Of a DNA stretch of 64,000 bases, positions 27,443-41,745 are shown one piece after another. The position numbers were made by a program, and so were the translations under genes. A model generated the notes under the pieces. That model did no database searches. It was not told where the DNA came from and was given only the letters and a program-made list of their open reading frames with translations. Source of the DNA: Eledone cirrhosa (Eukaryota); NCBI GenBank assembly GCA_964016885.1, contig OZ024742.1:265112001-265176000 (forward strand), written 5' to 3'. Position 1 is the first letter of the stretch. Every line of letters starts with the position of its first letter.

Positions 27443-27739
27443 CGATCCATCTAAACTTATACCCATCAACATACAGAAGTGAAGACGACGATTACACATA
27501 TTTAGGGCACTGGATAAATACTTTTCGAGGACCCACAGGTACCACAATATCTTTTATAAGCACACGGTGAGGCTCTCATACTCCACCACGCGCAGCAAAG
27601 CTCAGCACATAGCTAGTATGAATAGAAATTGACTTAGGACATTTAGACAGACAACAGTTGATCCTACAGATACCTAGCAGAGCCATGGCAGGGTAAACAG
27701 TAGACCCAGGATTGACCTGAGTAACACCAACCGACCCAG

Positions 27740-28170
27740 GGAACCTGTGCAAGTCACAGGGATGGACCACCACAACCTACCCAATGGGCACCCCACAGTA
27801 AGCATGCAGTCGTTGACCACTTCATGCAACTTCAGAAACCCCGTCTTATGCCCCCTTAGAAATGAATGCCTGTTGAAGAACTTAGTCTACCGATGCATGC
27901 CAACTCGGAACATATTTACATATGAGCCACGTCAACGAGCTTCAAGGACAAATGGTATAATCACTGCCATTCCTTCAATAGGATCGACAAAAGGAAAAGT
28001 ATGGCCCTTTCCGAACTGATATGGAAGCTCAAGCTGGACAAGACCCCGTACACTTTGGTTTGGTCCAAAGTTAGGGAGGTACGTCCAGACGGAGGCCGAT
28101 CTGGCATTTGCAGCCTCTGTCTGACTGAGACCCTCGAGATACTCAGTGGTGGATAAATAAATAAGACGTA
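27740..28170 (+). pseudogene. Penelope-like GIY-YIG endonuclease fragment
   Basis: CNFRNPVLCPLRNECLLKNLVYRC, then in a shifted frame FKDKWYNHCHSF..ALSELIWKLK..WSKV..CSLCLTETLEIL. Confidence 0.82.
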
Positions 28171-28764
28171 TCTATTATTTCTTTTTCCAACCCTCTAAAG
28201 GGTACATATGTGTTTGTGTTTGTGTGTACGTATACACCTATATGTGTGTATGTGTATATATATGTACATGGATATGTTTATGTATGGATGTATGTGTATG
28301 TATAGATATATGTGTGTATGTGTGCATTTATATATATATATTTGTGTATATGTGTGTATTTGTGTATATGTGTTTGCGGGTGTGTACTAAATGTTTACAA
28401 TGTGGATTATAATTTGTAACACTTACAAATTTTAACACTTATAAATTTTAACACCTACAATTATAATTCTAACATCTCTTACTATCAGGACTCTTGATGT
28501 GGATAAGCATTTACACTCCCAGATGAACCCATATCGGGTTACATACATGAATTCTTCACTAGCAACTACAAAACTACTGCAAATTGAGTGGTAGTAGTTG
28601 ACCTGTTTACACCACTGCCACTAAGGTTAATTAGGTCACTTAGACCAGAACACCCCTATATTCTAGGTATTTTCTAGGTACATACAGTTATTATAGGGTA
28701 ACATTTTAAATATTCAACAGAATTGTGTTCGTAATTGTTTTCTAAAAGCCATTAATCTGGATAC

Positions 28765-30030
28765 CTAAATATGGAATGTTACGCGATGGGGCCCCCCACA
28801 GCCCCGGCGGACAGGATGGAGAAGGCGTTCCCACGGAGGACGTCAAGGGAGACGCGCTGAAAAAGCCACTCCAACTCACGGGTTTCACACCTGCGGCTGG
28901 CCAGCTCAGCGCCTATGGTGGTGAGTAGGGAGGTAGCCCTGGGGACGAGGACACCAGAAGTCTCCACTGCCAGGGGTACAACCGCAAACCTGTCGGATAG
29001 CGACCGGTATTTGAGGAGTTTGGCCTCTTCAGCGCGACGTGCAGCAGAACCTGGGTTAGTCGCAGACTGCACCAGGTTGCGGCTGCAGAAAGTGTCGGTG
29101 CAAGTAGCATCCCAGACGAGGGGTTTGCCACCACGGAACGGGAAGATGGACATGCCATCTGGCCTTTTGCTGCCCCCTCGGTCCAGCCCCACCGGCTCGA
29201 GCTTAGAAGGGAAGCCCGCAGCATCCAAGCCATGCTTTATGACTTCGTTGAGGGCAGCATGGCGTGGAAGGCGGCCGACATCATGGCGACAGGAAAGCGA
29301 GTGGATGCCGAAAGAGTCCACGGTGGATCCGCAGCGACATTGGTGTCGATCGCAGATCCGGAGGCCGAGCCTCAAGGAAACACAGATGCGCAGGCTATTG
29401 CTATCTAGCTGCGTGCCAGTGGAGAAGTAGGGCAGGGCATGGAGCCAGGCACCACTGTGGGGTTTGGTGACCGCACGAAAGCAAGCAAGGCGGTGCTGGT
29501 TGAGCTGGCGCGTGAGCCTCTCTGAGGCCAGGCTGCACTGGATGGCACCCCAAGTGATTTGGGGGGACTTGACGTCAACAGGGGTAGAAGGAGGAGGTAC
29601 GTCTACTGGGCTAAGTCCCAGCCGGTCCCACGTCTCACAGGCGGCCTCACGTTCTCTGAACACGGAGGGTTCTGTTGTGTTTTGAAGAACCCTGCTGACG
29701 AGGACGCGGCACGAGGTTACCGACGAAAGATACGCCGGCAAAGCCAGTGAGATCGGGGACCGGAGGCCAAGGCCGCCATACCTGACAGGTCAAGTGGCCT
29801 ATTGCCATCCAATATCGTCAAACTTGACGTTGCATATCTCCTCAGCTGCTGCTCGGATACAAGTATCAAGGTCAGCGAGGAGAGATGTGTGGTTGTAGCA
29901 CGGAGTGCTGCGAAGGGTATAGAGGAACTTCGGCATGGCGAAGCAGTTCCTCGGCAGAAAGAGAGCTGGGTGGCCGTCGATCTGGTTGTTAAAAACAACC
30001 CTAGCAGGCTGACCTGTTTCAAGGGCCGCT
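28765..30030 (-). mobile_element. CRE-type non-LTR retrotransposon, 3' part (RT C-terminus, zinc finger, restriction-like endonuclease)
   Basis: PVRYGGLG, SGAWLHALP, LRLG, CRC..HSLSC, RHAALN, KRPDG, WDATC, E..K..KY and PLAVETSG. The 320-aa ORF 28779-29741 is open. Confidence 0.9.
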
Positions 30031-30034
30031 GACC

Positions 30035-30363
30035 TAAGAAAATCAGTAGACTTGGAACTGGAGTGTTAAGATTGTAACTGACCAATGAGAGGAAGGTATA
30101 TTCTTCGGATGTTGGAATCCGTTCATTCCAATTCATATGCACCAGTTCTTTGAGAAAACAACACCACACTCCGGGACTGGGAATATCAACGAAATAACGG
30201 AGCTAAACTTTGTTCCACCATTATGTTTTCTTGTTTTTTTTTCTGTTCAAGTTCTAGCTGCCTGATGAGGTCATACCTGTTGAATAAAGGTTATCAGCGA
30301 AATATATATTGCAGTGAATATGAATAAACGATGTTAATTTTAACCTGTTGACTTACACTTCTT

Positions 30364-30365
<2 letters not shown>
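30035..30365 (+). mobile_element. PLE 3' end / pLTR fragment
   Basis: LRMLESV resembles the GIY-YIG C-terminus. It is followed by an HHR and AATAAA, then (TA)n. Confidence 0.55.
30257..30315 (+). ncRNA. Type I hammerhead ribozyme motif with palindromic stem III
   Basis: gctgc CTGATGA g..c GAAA tatata TT gcagt. Canonical G10.1-C11.1 pair, partly mispaired stem II. Confidence 0.75.
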
Positions 30366-30420
<55 letters not shown>

Positions 30421-30777
30421 CATGTGTGTGTATGTGTGTGTGTATGCGCGTGCGTGCGTGCACGTGTGTGTATTGATTGCCATCTAAATAGTAATTTCAT
30501 GAGGTTTATCTATGATCTTTCGCCCAGCGAGTGCGTGATGTTTCACATGTACGTGATTCCATCATGCTCAAATTTTTATTTATCTTAACAAACTTTTCAT
30601 TCAAAATTCCATAACATATGTGTAACCACGAAAATGGGATACAGCAACATAAATTGATTCGCGTTAAATATTATCAAATGCGTTTCTTCTAGTAGTTGCA
30701 TTATTATCAACATTTACTATGAGGAAAACCTTAAAGAAAAGTAGATCTTATTATACAGCAACTATAATTTCTATACA

Positions 30778-30900
<123 letters not shown>

Positions 30901-30905
30901 GTACG

Positions 30906-30942
<37 letters not shown>

Positions 30943-31409
30943 TAATTATAATTTTCCTAAATAAAATAGGGTAGATCTTATTCCATACGTGAGAAAAAAA
31001 ACATGGCTCTGCGAATTGTATGATTATATTTGTATATTATATCATGAAGAGCATTCATATATCTGTTTTCATAGTTGTTATATACATTGTGTAGATTAAA
31101 TCGTATGGAAAAACACGCAAGTGGTTTTCTCATCAACGCATCAAAGAGTGTCTGATTACAAAAACGTATTATAACTGTTCCTGCCGGTTAGACTGTGACA
31201 TTTCCCCCTATACTTCGCAACAGATAATGACTGCTTTTTAAAAAATATTATTTAGCACCAAATATTTCAGATTAAGAAATGAGTGATAATGATAACCATA
31301 TAGTTTTCCAAACTATCACAGAATCGCTTTGTTGGTGTGGACACTAATTATCTGGAAAAACAAAACTCATAAAAAAATGAATCTTTACAGAAGAGTTCCT
31401 CCGAACCTG

Positions 31410-31830
31410 AAAGAGATGGGAGGGCAACATCCCGGAATGGACAGGTATGAGGTTGGGTGCAACCACGAGGAATGTGGAGAGGCGAGAGGAATGGAAGTAG
31501 ATGGTTTCCAGGTCTTCTGTGGCACCCCAACGATCCATCAGACTACGGGACAGATGAGATGAGATACATAAACAGAAACATCAATGAGCTGAGAGGAAAA
31601 CCGGGCATAAGATGGGTCGGATGTAGTGTGCAGGTGAGGAGACTGTGATAGTGTGGATGACAGTTGCATAAAGAAATGCAGAGTGCTTAAAGTCAATAGT
31701 ACTTTTGGAAGGAGATGATTTAGGAAATCTGGGATGATGCAGTGAAGGCCAACCTCACACAGCTTAATCTCATGAAGGAGATTAGCTAGGATCGAGATGA
31801 CTGGCAACATGCTCTACTACAGAAGGATGG
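31410..31830 (+). mobile_element. Two adjacent RTE-like LINE 3' fragments
   Basis: RWEGNIPEWTG..REEWK..VAPQR followed by a GATGA tail. Then KKCRVLKV..DRDDWQ. Confidence 0.6.
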
Positions 31831-32089
31831 AAACAGGGCTTTCCATCTGCCCGTATGTTCTCGACTCCATATCCACACCCCTTATCTATATTCTTCAAAA
31901 TTAATCTCCTTATACATTAGTTATCTCCCTTCTTAAACCTCTCTTACGCCGTAGTTACAATTCACTAGCCACTCTCCAAAATGGCCGACTGAATACGCAC
32001 GCGTATTCTTTCTCCCCAATATTTTTTTTCTCATTTTCTCCATTCTTTCCTCTCAACACGCTTTACTTTCTATTTATCTTCTATTTCTA

Positions 32090-32220
32090 ACTCTATCTTC
32101 TGTTGAAAGACTAGTGTCCGAAACGTTAAGGCTCTCTTCCCGCTATTTCAAGCGTTAAACTAATATATTTCTCCCATGTACTGTGCCGTTTATTTTGTTA
32201 TTTCTGTTTACCTATTACAC
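32090..32220 (+). mobile_element. PLE pLTR-like repeat with HHR-like motif
   Basis: ctt CTGTTGA aagac-tagt-gtcc GAAA cg TT aagg ... AGCGTTAAACTAATA. Core change A6U. Confidence 0.55.
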
Positions 32221-33152
32221 CCCCCCCCCACACACACACAGGCACATATGTGTGTGTGTATAAAAGACGAAGTAACTCAGCAGGCTAAACGGCCATCCAA
32301 ATAGCAATTTTTTTTTTTTTTTTTTTTTTTTTTCACCTGGGAGTCACAACACCTTTCTAGGAGAGGCAAACTCTGAAAAAAGACCTGCGGCTTCGGAAGC
32401 ATCCGATGATGCTGACCAGTTCTTCTTTTCGGGTAGTGTTTTCGATGCTCAGGGTGTGGGATTGGTCGAGTGAAAGGCCTTTCCCCACTTAAAAAACATT
32501 TAAAGCATAGGCATTGCTTGTTCCAGATATGTTACATGTTCGTGTGGCTGGTCGTAGCCTAAAGGTGCACCAAACTCTATAATCTGACAAGCCATTGCAA
32601 TACTTTTAGTAGAGTCTGCAGCCATCATATATATGGCCCATTTGTGTGTGTGTCATTTTAACGACTTGATTCATTATTCATTCACCGGGCAGAAAGCGAT
32701 ACATCTACATCTACATCTACGTGGATTTATGCCTAGTAGGTTTGGAAAAGCTATCTGAAGAGCTATATCTTTCTCTGAATTTCCAATATTTTGATAAGCG
32801 AAACCGTCGGTCATGGCACTAGAAGAGGTGAATATTTAAATCGTATTTTAATTTATTTAAAAGATTGTTTAATGTTTACTTGTTCCGCTCATATATATAT
32901 ATATATATATAATATTTATATATATATATATATGTGTGTGTGTGTACGTATGTATGTATGGTTGGATGTAATCTTTGATCGATTGCTGAACAGTCTTAGG
33001 CAAAAAGGTACACAAATGGGATTTGAAATCATAAAATATAAAGGCCGTCACTGAATTCCGCACCGTCGGTCGTCCTGGCGATTCTTCCACATAACAATCT
33101 ACTGCTACTACTACTGCTGCTGCTGCTGCTACTGCTGCTGCTACTGCTGCTG

Positions 33153-33207
<55 letters not shown>

Positions 33208-33750
33208 AATAACAATATAGTGGCAGAATGTGAAATTGGCATGAAGATCCTTAACAGAAAAGCCGGGAATGTTAAAAGAAGCAAAAACAACAATAACAAA
33301 AATAAACAAAGACAAACAACAAAAGAAAAAGAAAAAAAAGAAAACGAAAAAGAAAACAGGCAAAAAAGTAATGTAATGCAAAAATATATAAAAATATAGA
33401 TAAAAAGATGCTAGGAAGAGGTATTTGGAAACATGTTAACAGAAGGTTAAACTATGGATTGAAAATAATTCTTGAAATGTGTGTATAGGGGGAGGTGGAA
33501 ACTTTCTCTTTGTGGAGGTAGGTGGATATTGGTTCTTTTGTTTTCTTAGGAATTTCTACATCTTGAGAGATTCCATGCATTGTTTCAAAGAAATAGAAGT
33601 GTAAGCCAAACAACTTACTGACTAAAGAATAACAGAGTGTTTGAATGATAGATTCAGATAGCGAAGAGGATGAAACATCAATTTTATAATTATTGGCAAT
33701 GGACAGGAAAATAGATCAATACGAGGAGTGTGTATATGTATGTATGTGCG

Positions 33751-33822
<72 letters not shown>

Positions 33823-33926
33823 TGTGTGTGTGTGAGAGAGAGGAGGAGAATGAAGAGCTAGAGGGAGACTGGTGAGAGATAGGAGAGAGGGGATAGTGAG
33901 AGATAGAAGAGAGAGAGAGAGGGGGA

Positions 33927-33991
33927 AGACAGAGGGGGAGAAAAAGTGTGAACGCACATATGTGTGATGTTTTGTGATTGAGTGCCTGTTT

Positions 33992-34046
<55 letters not shown>

Positions 34047-34468
34047 TATGTATACGTACATACATATATGTGTACAGACGTACAGTAGTATGTAATTATA
34101 TACATACATGCACACATATATATATGTAGGTATGGATTTACCGAACATTTATTATAATGCTCCGTTTGTTTGTAAACAAACAGCCTGAATTACGCCGTAC
34201 AGTGCTCGGCAACCATCGTCGCCCTTTTGTTCAACACTGACACAGGAACGATGTACTAGTTTCAAGCTTATTAGTTATCGTCAGCATCGTATACCGACCA
34301 TTATAATAAATGTTCGTTAAATCCATACGTACATATATATATGTGTGCATGTATGTATATAATTACATACTACTGTACGTCTGTACATATATATGTATGT
34401 ACGTATACATACATTTAAGTATCAGCCGTACTAAGAGTGAGAATTGAAATTTCGTTTCATTTTTTTCC

Positions 34469-34504
<36 letters not shown>

Positions 34505-34564
34505 AGGCACTCAATCACCAAACATCACACATATGTGCGTTCACACTTTTTCTCTCCTCTGTCT
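33927..34564. repeat. Nested inverted repeats (outer ~65-bp arms, inner 114-bp arms)
   Basis: 33927-33991 pairs with 34501-34564. 34046-34159 pairs with 34299-34412 (3 mismatches by eye). Confidence 0.92.
34248..34290 (-). ncRNA. Minimal type I hammerhead ribozyme motif, intact core
   Basis: Minus strand: acgatg CTGACGA taactaataagctt GAAA ctag TA catcgt. 6-bp stem I, palindromic ACTAGT stem III, GUA site. Confidence 0.85.
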
Positions 34565-34579
34565 CTATGTATATATATG

Positions 34580-34798
<219 letters not shown>

Positions 34799-35039
34799 CC
34801 CATTGTAACGTGACAATATTTGATGTTAAGTGACTATGCGTATGTACGTACATGTGCTGATCTGCGAGTGTGAGCATGTATGTGTTTCTACATTTGTGGT
34901 TATTAGCAAGGGAATTAAAGTATTTTGTTGTATATGTATTGTATCTAAATGTGTGAGTATTTCTGTGTGGTGCATTGATAGTGCATGTGTGTCGGTGTTC
35001 ATGTAGATAGGACGTGTGTGTGTGGAGTGCTGTGGGGGA

Positions 35040-36700
35040 AGCAGATTAGAGGAAGAGGATGGCGGAGCATTCAGGCCATAGGCGTTAGATGTATATAGAA
35101 AAAAATTAATCTGCTGTTCCTTCGGCCACTTTGCAGGATGCGTAGCCGAAAACAGTGGGGGTGGTGTGTAACATGGCTGGAGGAGCGGGAATGTAGGGAG
35201 ACTAGAAATGGATTGACGTTCTGGATGTCCCAAATTATGATCCACAAATCTGTCGGTCAGTTGACGGCCAGGTTGATCGATGTAGTTAACCTCTCATAGA
35301 GTGCAATAGAGGACATAGACGAGGCCCGTAGATGTACACCTGAAGCGGTCGCTGGGCCTGAGGGGGTTGGTGGCGTTGGGGATGAAGCAATATATGTGAC
35401 AGCGGGGTTGGGAACTGGGTTGGAATCCAGGAGGGGTGTTGGGGAGAAAGAGAATTGTGGAGAAGGAGGCCCTTGAAATTGCGTACACGCTTAAAAGATG
35501 GGAGGGGTGGGGAAAATGTAGGAGGTGGTGGGTCTAGGTACGGGAATGTTAGGTGAGGGAGAATGTTAGAGGGTTGGGGGAGTGGCGGCGTCGTGGTATG
35601 AGGGCAGTGGTACGGTCAACTCCACCGGAACGGGTGAGGATGGGTCGCATCAGGGTAGGGAAGTACTCGCGCTGAGTGAAGTGTCTAGTCATGTATAGAG
35701 TCATAAACTCAACATCATGGGTTCGGCTACATAGGCGGCAGAGACGAAGGAACTTGGAGTAGAAAATGATGTATTTGGCGTAAGTAGGGTGGGATGGGAA
35801 AGATGAGGTCGAGGTAGGAGTGAAGTCAGTGGGTTTGAAGAAGGCTGAAATAAAGAGAAAGAGATGGGAGGCATCAGTAGAGACAGAAATGTCCAGGAGT
35901 GGACAGAAATGGTGGAAATAGTGGTGATGTCAAGGGCGGGATGGAAAGAGCAGAAGAAAGAGGAAGAATTCGAGCTGTGAAAGGGTGAGTGAAGTTAGGC
36001 CGATACAGTCGTCAACGTAACGTCTGTATACCTCGAAGGTGGGGCTAGTATAGTGAGAAAAAATTGGGCTCAACAGAACCGGCGAATAGGTTGGCGTAGC
36101 TTGGGACCATTCTTGTGCCCATGACCACCCCCGTTGTCTGTTGGAAAATCTCACCCGAGAAGGAGAAACAGTTGTGGGTGAGGACCAGCTTGGCCAAGCG
36201 AATAAGAGTGGGGGGTGAATGGTTGAGGGGAGGGGTGAAGGTTGAAAAAGTGTTGGAGAGACAGGAGGCCGTCGGTGTGGGGGATGACCGTACATGTGGA
36301 CTTGATGGCAGAGACAATGGAGTGTTCAGGGTTGTCCGGTTTATATATTTTGGAGAGGATGTAGATGGTGTAGATGTTGGTTGTGTAGACAATAAGCTTA
36401 GTGACTGTGGTGGGTAGGAGTAATGAGGCGACTTGTTGCTGATACTGAAGGGGAGGGATCAGAAGGCAGGAGGTGGTAGAAGAAAGGGTTGTAGGGCTGC
36501 CGTAACGCTTCCGTTTTGTAGAGTTCCGTGCACCACATTATCATAGCTCTCCCCTTGTAAGCCGGTTTGATGACGATGTCATCATGGCCATGGAGGGAGT
36601 GGTGAGCGGCGATATCTGTCCGGGGATGTTGCTGCGTTGTAAGTGTTTCAGGAAATTGAACCAATTCACTGCGTAATAGCAGGTGTTGAACGTGTATAGA
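35040..36700 (-). mobile_element. Decayed Penelope-like element (Neptune-like RT plus GIY-YIG)
   Basis: DIVIKPAYKG, HNCFSF..VMGTRMVPSYANLF, RRYVDDCIG, FRCTSTGLVYVLYC and YIDQPGRQLTDRFVDH. Confidence 0.88.
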
Positions 36701-36794
36701 CCCTTGAATTGGCCGGAGTCTGGCGTCATTTTTAGCTCCTATCTATGAACACGGTTTTTATGTTACTTTTACTCTCAGAACCTTATCTCTGAAC

Positions 36795-36935
36795 TTTTCT
36801 ACTCCTGATGAACGACCAACGCCTGATAAAATGAACTTTCCATTTTCATTTTTCAAACGTGAACCTAATAAGACTATTATTGTTATATCTCTGTCTGTTT
36901 TTTTAAACACTATTTTCTACGTTCACACACCTGGA
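36795..36935 (+). mobile_element. Inverted pLTR-like segment with decayed HHR upstream of the PLE
   Basis: ctc CTGATGA acgac-caac-gcct GATA ... CGTGAACCTAATAA, same family as 7375 and 32090. Confidence 0.5.
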
Positions 36936-37036
36936 AATCTACTTGTTGCCTTGGGACTGTACTGGTCTATCATTCTGACCAATTATGGATCACCAGTAGC
37001 CTGTATATAATAGATATCTTTCTTTATAATAGATAT

Positions 37037-37090
<54 letters not shown>

Positions 37091-37424
37091 ATACATAAAT
37101 AGAATATATGTGTGTGTGTATGTGTATGTGTATATGCTTGTACTACTCATTATGTCTTTGTTAAGTCTTACATTCCCGTAGCATTGACAGATTTAGGGAT
37201 CAGAGAAATAAAAGGGAAATAATTAGTGTTGGTACTCAATTGGGATGCCCGGTGTGTATACTAGTATCAGAATTGATAATAAATTAATAATTTGTTGGTT
37301 TTAACTCTATTGATAAGCTAAAATTAAGGCAAATGTTCTAAGTTAGAAAATAGCAGACTTAGTAGTGAAAAGGTAGGGAATTTAAAATAAATGTAGTAGT
37401 GATCAGAGAAAATCTAAATAGAGT

Positions 37425-37560
37425 TACGGCCCTTTACGGTTTGAGTTCAAATCCCATCGACGTTAACTTTGCCTTTCATCCTTATCGCCTCGATAAAATA
37501 AAGTACCAGTAATGCACTGGGATAATTGCTGGCCTTGTGCCAAAAGTAGAAACAATTATT
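37425..37560 (+). mobile_element. tRNA-derived SINE, 5'-truncated
   Basis: GAGTTCAAATCC..CTTTCATCC..GTAGAAACAATT. Confidence 0.8.
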
Positions 37561-39135
37561 ATCAACTTTACGCTTAAGATGTGTTTTTAGATGGTTAGGA
37601 TTTTTATTTAAATTCATTCTAAACTTATTGCTATGTGTGGGAAGTATATCATCATTCTTATTTCTATTACTTATAGGGTATCGAATAAGGTTTACAAAAT
37701 TAGTATAGGCTATTGTCAAATAGTCGCTAGGTAGAGATTATTTACGAGTTTACTGTTTTGTCCATTTATACCAGTGTTTTTATTTCTATCTACATTCTTT
37801 TTACCCAAGAGATTACTAGTCTGCGTAATAATGCTCTTATTTATCACGGTAGGCGTGGACTCACTATTTGGGGTATATGTGATTTTATTTTTATATTCTG
37901 ATCTAGGGAGGTGCTTCGTTATAGTACCAGGCTATGTCGTTAAATAAGTTCTCATTTCCTGATAGTTTTCATATTCTATGTGAAACGCTTTTGACAATAG
38001 AAGTAACAATTGTCGGAGGATGGTTTACGTGTCTGTTAATATAAGTTAGGAACTCATCTGGCTTATGGTAGGGACGGTAGTATCGAGCATTAAAGTCACA
38101 TCCAGGAAATTTACGACCTTATGGTTTGCTTCAATTGTTATGGCGCGTCCATAGTTCTTAAAATACCTATGCAGTTGCTTCTTGAGGCTTACTATTTTAC
38201 GAGGGTTATAATTACTAACGGTAAATAGAGCGTCGTCTCTATATAAACCTCCTTGCAGAATAGGTATTCCCTCTTTGAGCTTGTGCAAGAGGTGAATTCC
38301 AACAAGATCTGTAACTTGTGCGGAGTCACTTGACCCCATAGTGATATCAAAACTGTTTGGGTAGTTGGCTCTAGTCAAGAAAGATCCATTAAACTCTATA
38401 ATTGTTCGTCTAACGGTAATAATATCTATTTATTTTCAGTTAATTTGTCAATTCTTAGCTGAAATTAAGGCCTTATTAAACATGTTAGGGGAGATCGAGG
38501 CATGATAATTATTTATGTTAAATTTTATAAACTTAAATTTATCCCTATTACCAATACTTTTAAACCAATTAATAATCTCTTCAGTGTTACCCCAAAAGTT
38601 AATATTAATTTTATCTTTTAAATATGGTATAATTCTATCAAGTGTTATTTTCTTTTGCTAATTCTACCTACATCAGAAGTAGAGGTGCTTATTAATCTAA
38701 TTTATGTGTTTTCAATGAAATTACATTTATGATCCTTAAGGGTGAATTTTGGTGTCATTGGTTTGTAAGGGTCTGTATACTTATCAATATCTAAATCAGT
38801 TACAATATTCTTTCCTTTTCTATTTATATTAGTGTTTCCTTGTGCGTTTTTTGTTTTTGTAATGTTTACTTAGTTCCTTTAAAATTAAAGATTTATATGT
38901 TGCATGCCCATCTTATGAATGTTCTTTGTTTTAACATGTAGACAATCCTGGTTTCTGATATTCTTAATTGTAGTGTCAAGAGAGATCAGAAAAGAGTTAG
39001 TGCATGTCGGCTTCTTTTTAAATTTTGTTTTTTATCATTCTAAATAAGTCCTGTTCTAACGAGTCGAGTAAAAGATTGTGAGGTGGGTTTCTATATGTTG
39101 TAAAACAGTATTTATTATTGGTGCTTTCATATCCT
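37560..39135 (-). mobile_element. Decayed Penelope-like RT
   Basis: FDITMGSSDSAQVTDLVG..GLYRDDAL..VNFLDVTL. Upstream KYCFTTYRNPPHN resembles YGFKT..PPH at 3935-3970. Confidence 0.85.
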
Positions 39136-40302
39136 TGGTGTTTTCATACAAGCATACAACGGCGCATGCCTGCACATGTACATCTATACATGTGTATCCT
39201 TTATTCATATAGAGTTTGGTATAACTTATGAATGTAAGTATTTGTTGTATTACTTTTGATGAACTAAATAATTGTTATCGTCTACAGCAATCTGGGGTAT
39301 AACATTATAAACCTTTCCTGTAGCACAGCACTTCCACATAAGAGTAGATTATGTACTAAGGATCCTGAATCAATAGTATAGACATTATTCAAATTTTAGA
39401 TATATTTGGTTAGTTGCTCTTTATACCGTATAACACTTACATCCCATCACATCAGTAATTCCATTCTTCAATTTTAGAAATTATGACATAGCTTTATATT
39501 GACTATTTGATTTAATACTTAATATAGTTTTATATTCAATTAAGTAAATTTAAAGTTAATTATAATTATGACCAAATAAACATTTAACTAAGTATTGGTA
39601 TGTGGAGCTCTGTAAATATATTGATATAATAATTACCTTTCAAGTTTTAATGAGTATCTTTAATTTAACAACACAACACCCTCTTTTTTATATAGAAACA
39701 TTATACATATATAACACTTATACGCCTTTTATAGCTTAACTGGTCTTAACTTATTCTTAGGGATATGTAATTTGTTAATTGTCTTATTTATCTATTAACC
39801 TTAACTACGTACGTACACATTTATACTTAATAGAGTTATCTCTTTGAGAGACAACTTTGTCTTCTGGTTACTTACTAAATGCAATCCGAGATAAAAATAT
39901 TACTTTCACCGTACTATCCGTTAAACAACAATAAGAAAACATGGCAAAAGATATATTCCACAAATTTATAAAAACCCGGAAAAAATTCTTTCAACTAATT
40001 TTCAACTAATTTTCTGTAAATTCAAATTATGATATGGTTTCGTTGATTTCTATTGCTTGATGTCAGTTAATGTTTTATGTGACTAAAAACTGAAATTAGT
40101 TTATACCACTCTGAGGAAGAAAGTATCTCGTGTGGGAATCGCTAAAGTCTGTTCATTAAATAAAAGAAGTTGATCGTTTGCGACAATTAGTCGAATTCAT
40201 TTCACAGTTGAATTTCATTTTATCACAATTGTAAGTGATTACAACTGTTTTTAATAAAGATTGATTTTCTTCAAATAATTTTGAATATATATATATATAC
40301 GT

Positions 40303-40430
<128 letters not shown>

Positions 40431-40891
40431 TTATATACACGGTGGCGTAAACGTCATGCATCATCATGTCATGTAAATAATATATAAGCTTCTCGCTTCT
40501 CATATAAAGGTTTTTATTTTTTGTGATTAGGATGGTGCATGTCTTTCGCGCCATCCTGTATATATATTAATATAAGACGGCATAACTACAGTTTTGAGGC
40601 CCCATTTGACTTTGTTTTCACACAACTTTCTTCATATTGCATATTTTGTAAAAATATTTCTTCGAAAGTGTAGATTGCAATTATGCTGATAATCTTTTTT
40701 TTATTGTCATCTCCACTTACAGAAATTACCGGAAGGTAACTCTGATCTTAAAACGAAGACTTGCCAAATTTAATTTCTTTATAAATAAATAAACATTGTT
40801 GGCATATAAACAAAATTTATATAATAAATATCATTAAGAAAAATTAATACATTTCAATTAAAAGGATACTTATACCTTGTGTGTGCGCGTG

Positions 40892-41012
<121 letters not shown>

Positions 41013-41082
41013 TCTTTATTATGGCTAAATTGTGCATCTTATTACTTTCGAGTTTCATCTGTTCACCTATGTGATCATCATC

Positions 41083-41163
<81 letters not shown>

Positions 41164-41702
41164 AAATCAAAAGATGGTTAAAAGAGTTCCATGTATTAAA
41201 TTATGCGCATTTCAAAAACAAATATCATCATGGGATGATATTTACGTTCTCGTCAGATAAAATAGGGAGACATGATATGAAGCTTAAAAAACAGTTGCGA
41301 GCAGTGATGTGCTAAATCAACATATGAAAAATAAAATAAGAGGGATATATGAGATTGGGAAAAAAAGGAAAGGAAGGGGGAAGGAAAAGGTAAGGAAGAG
41401 GAAGAAAGAATATAATAAGAAAAAATATATATAATAATAAGGAAAGGATGACGGAGGAGAAGTATAAGAAGGAAGGATGAGAGATGAGGAGAAAATGAGT
41501 GAGAGAGAGAGATAACCTTTAATACTGAGAAACACTGTCTCACAGAGAGAAATAAAAAAAAACGTTGTAAGATAATACATAATTTAAAAGAAATTTAGAA
41601 ATTAAAAGTTAATGAGGTTTATGAATGGTGATGCTTATGATTAAAGAAAAATGAATTAAGAATCATATTTATTTAAGGTTTATATATTGAAGGACCTCCT
41701 AC

Positions 41703-41739
<37 letters not shown>

Positions 41740-41745
<6 letters not shown>

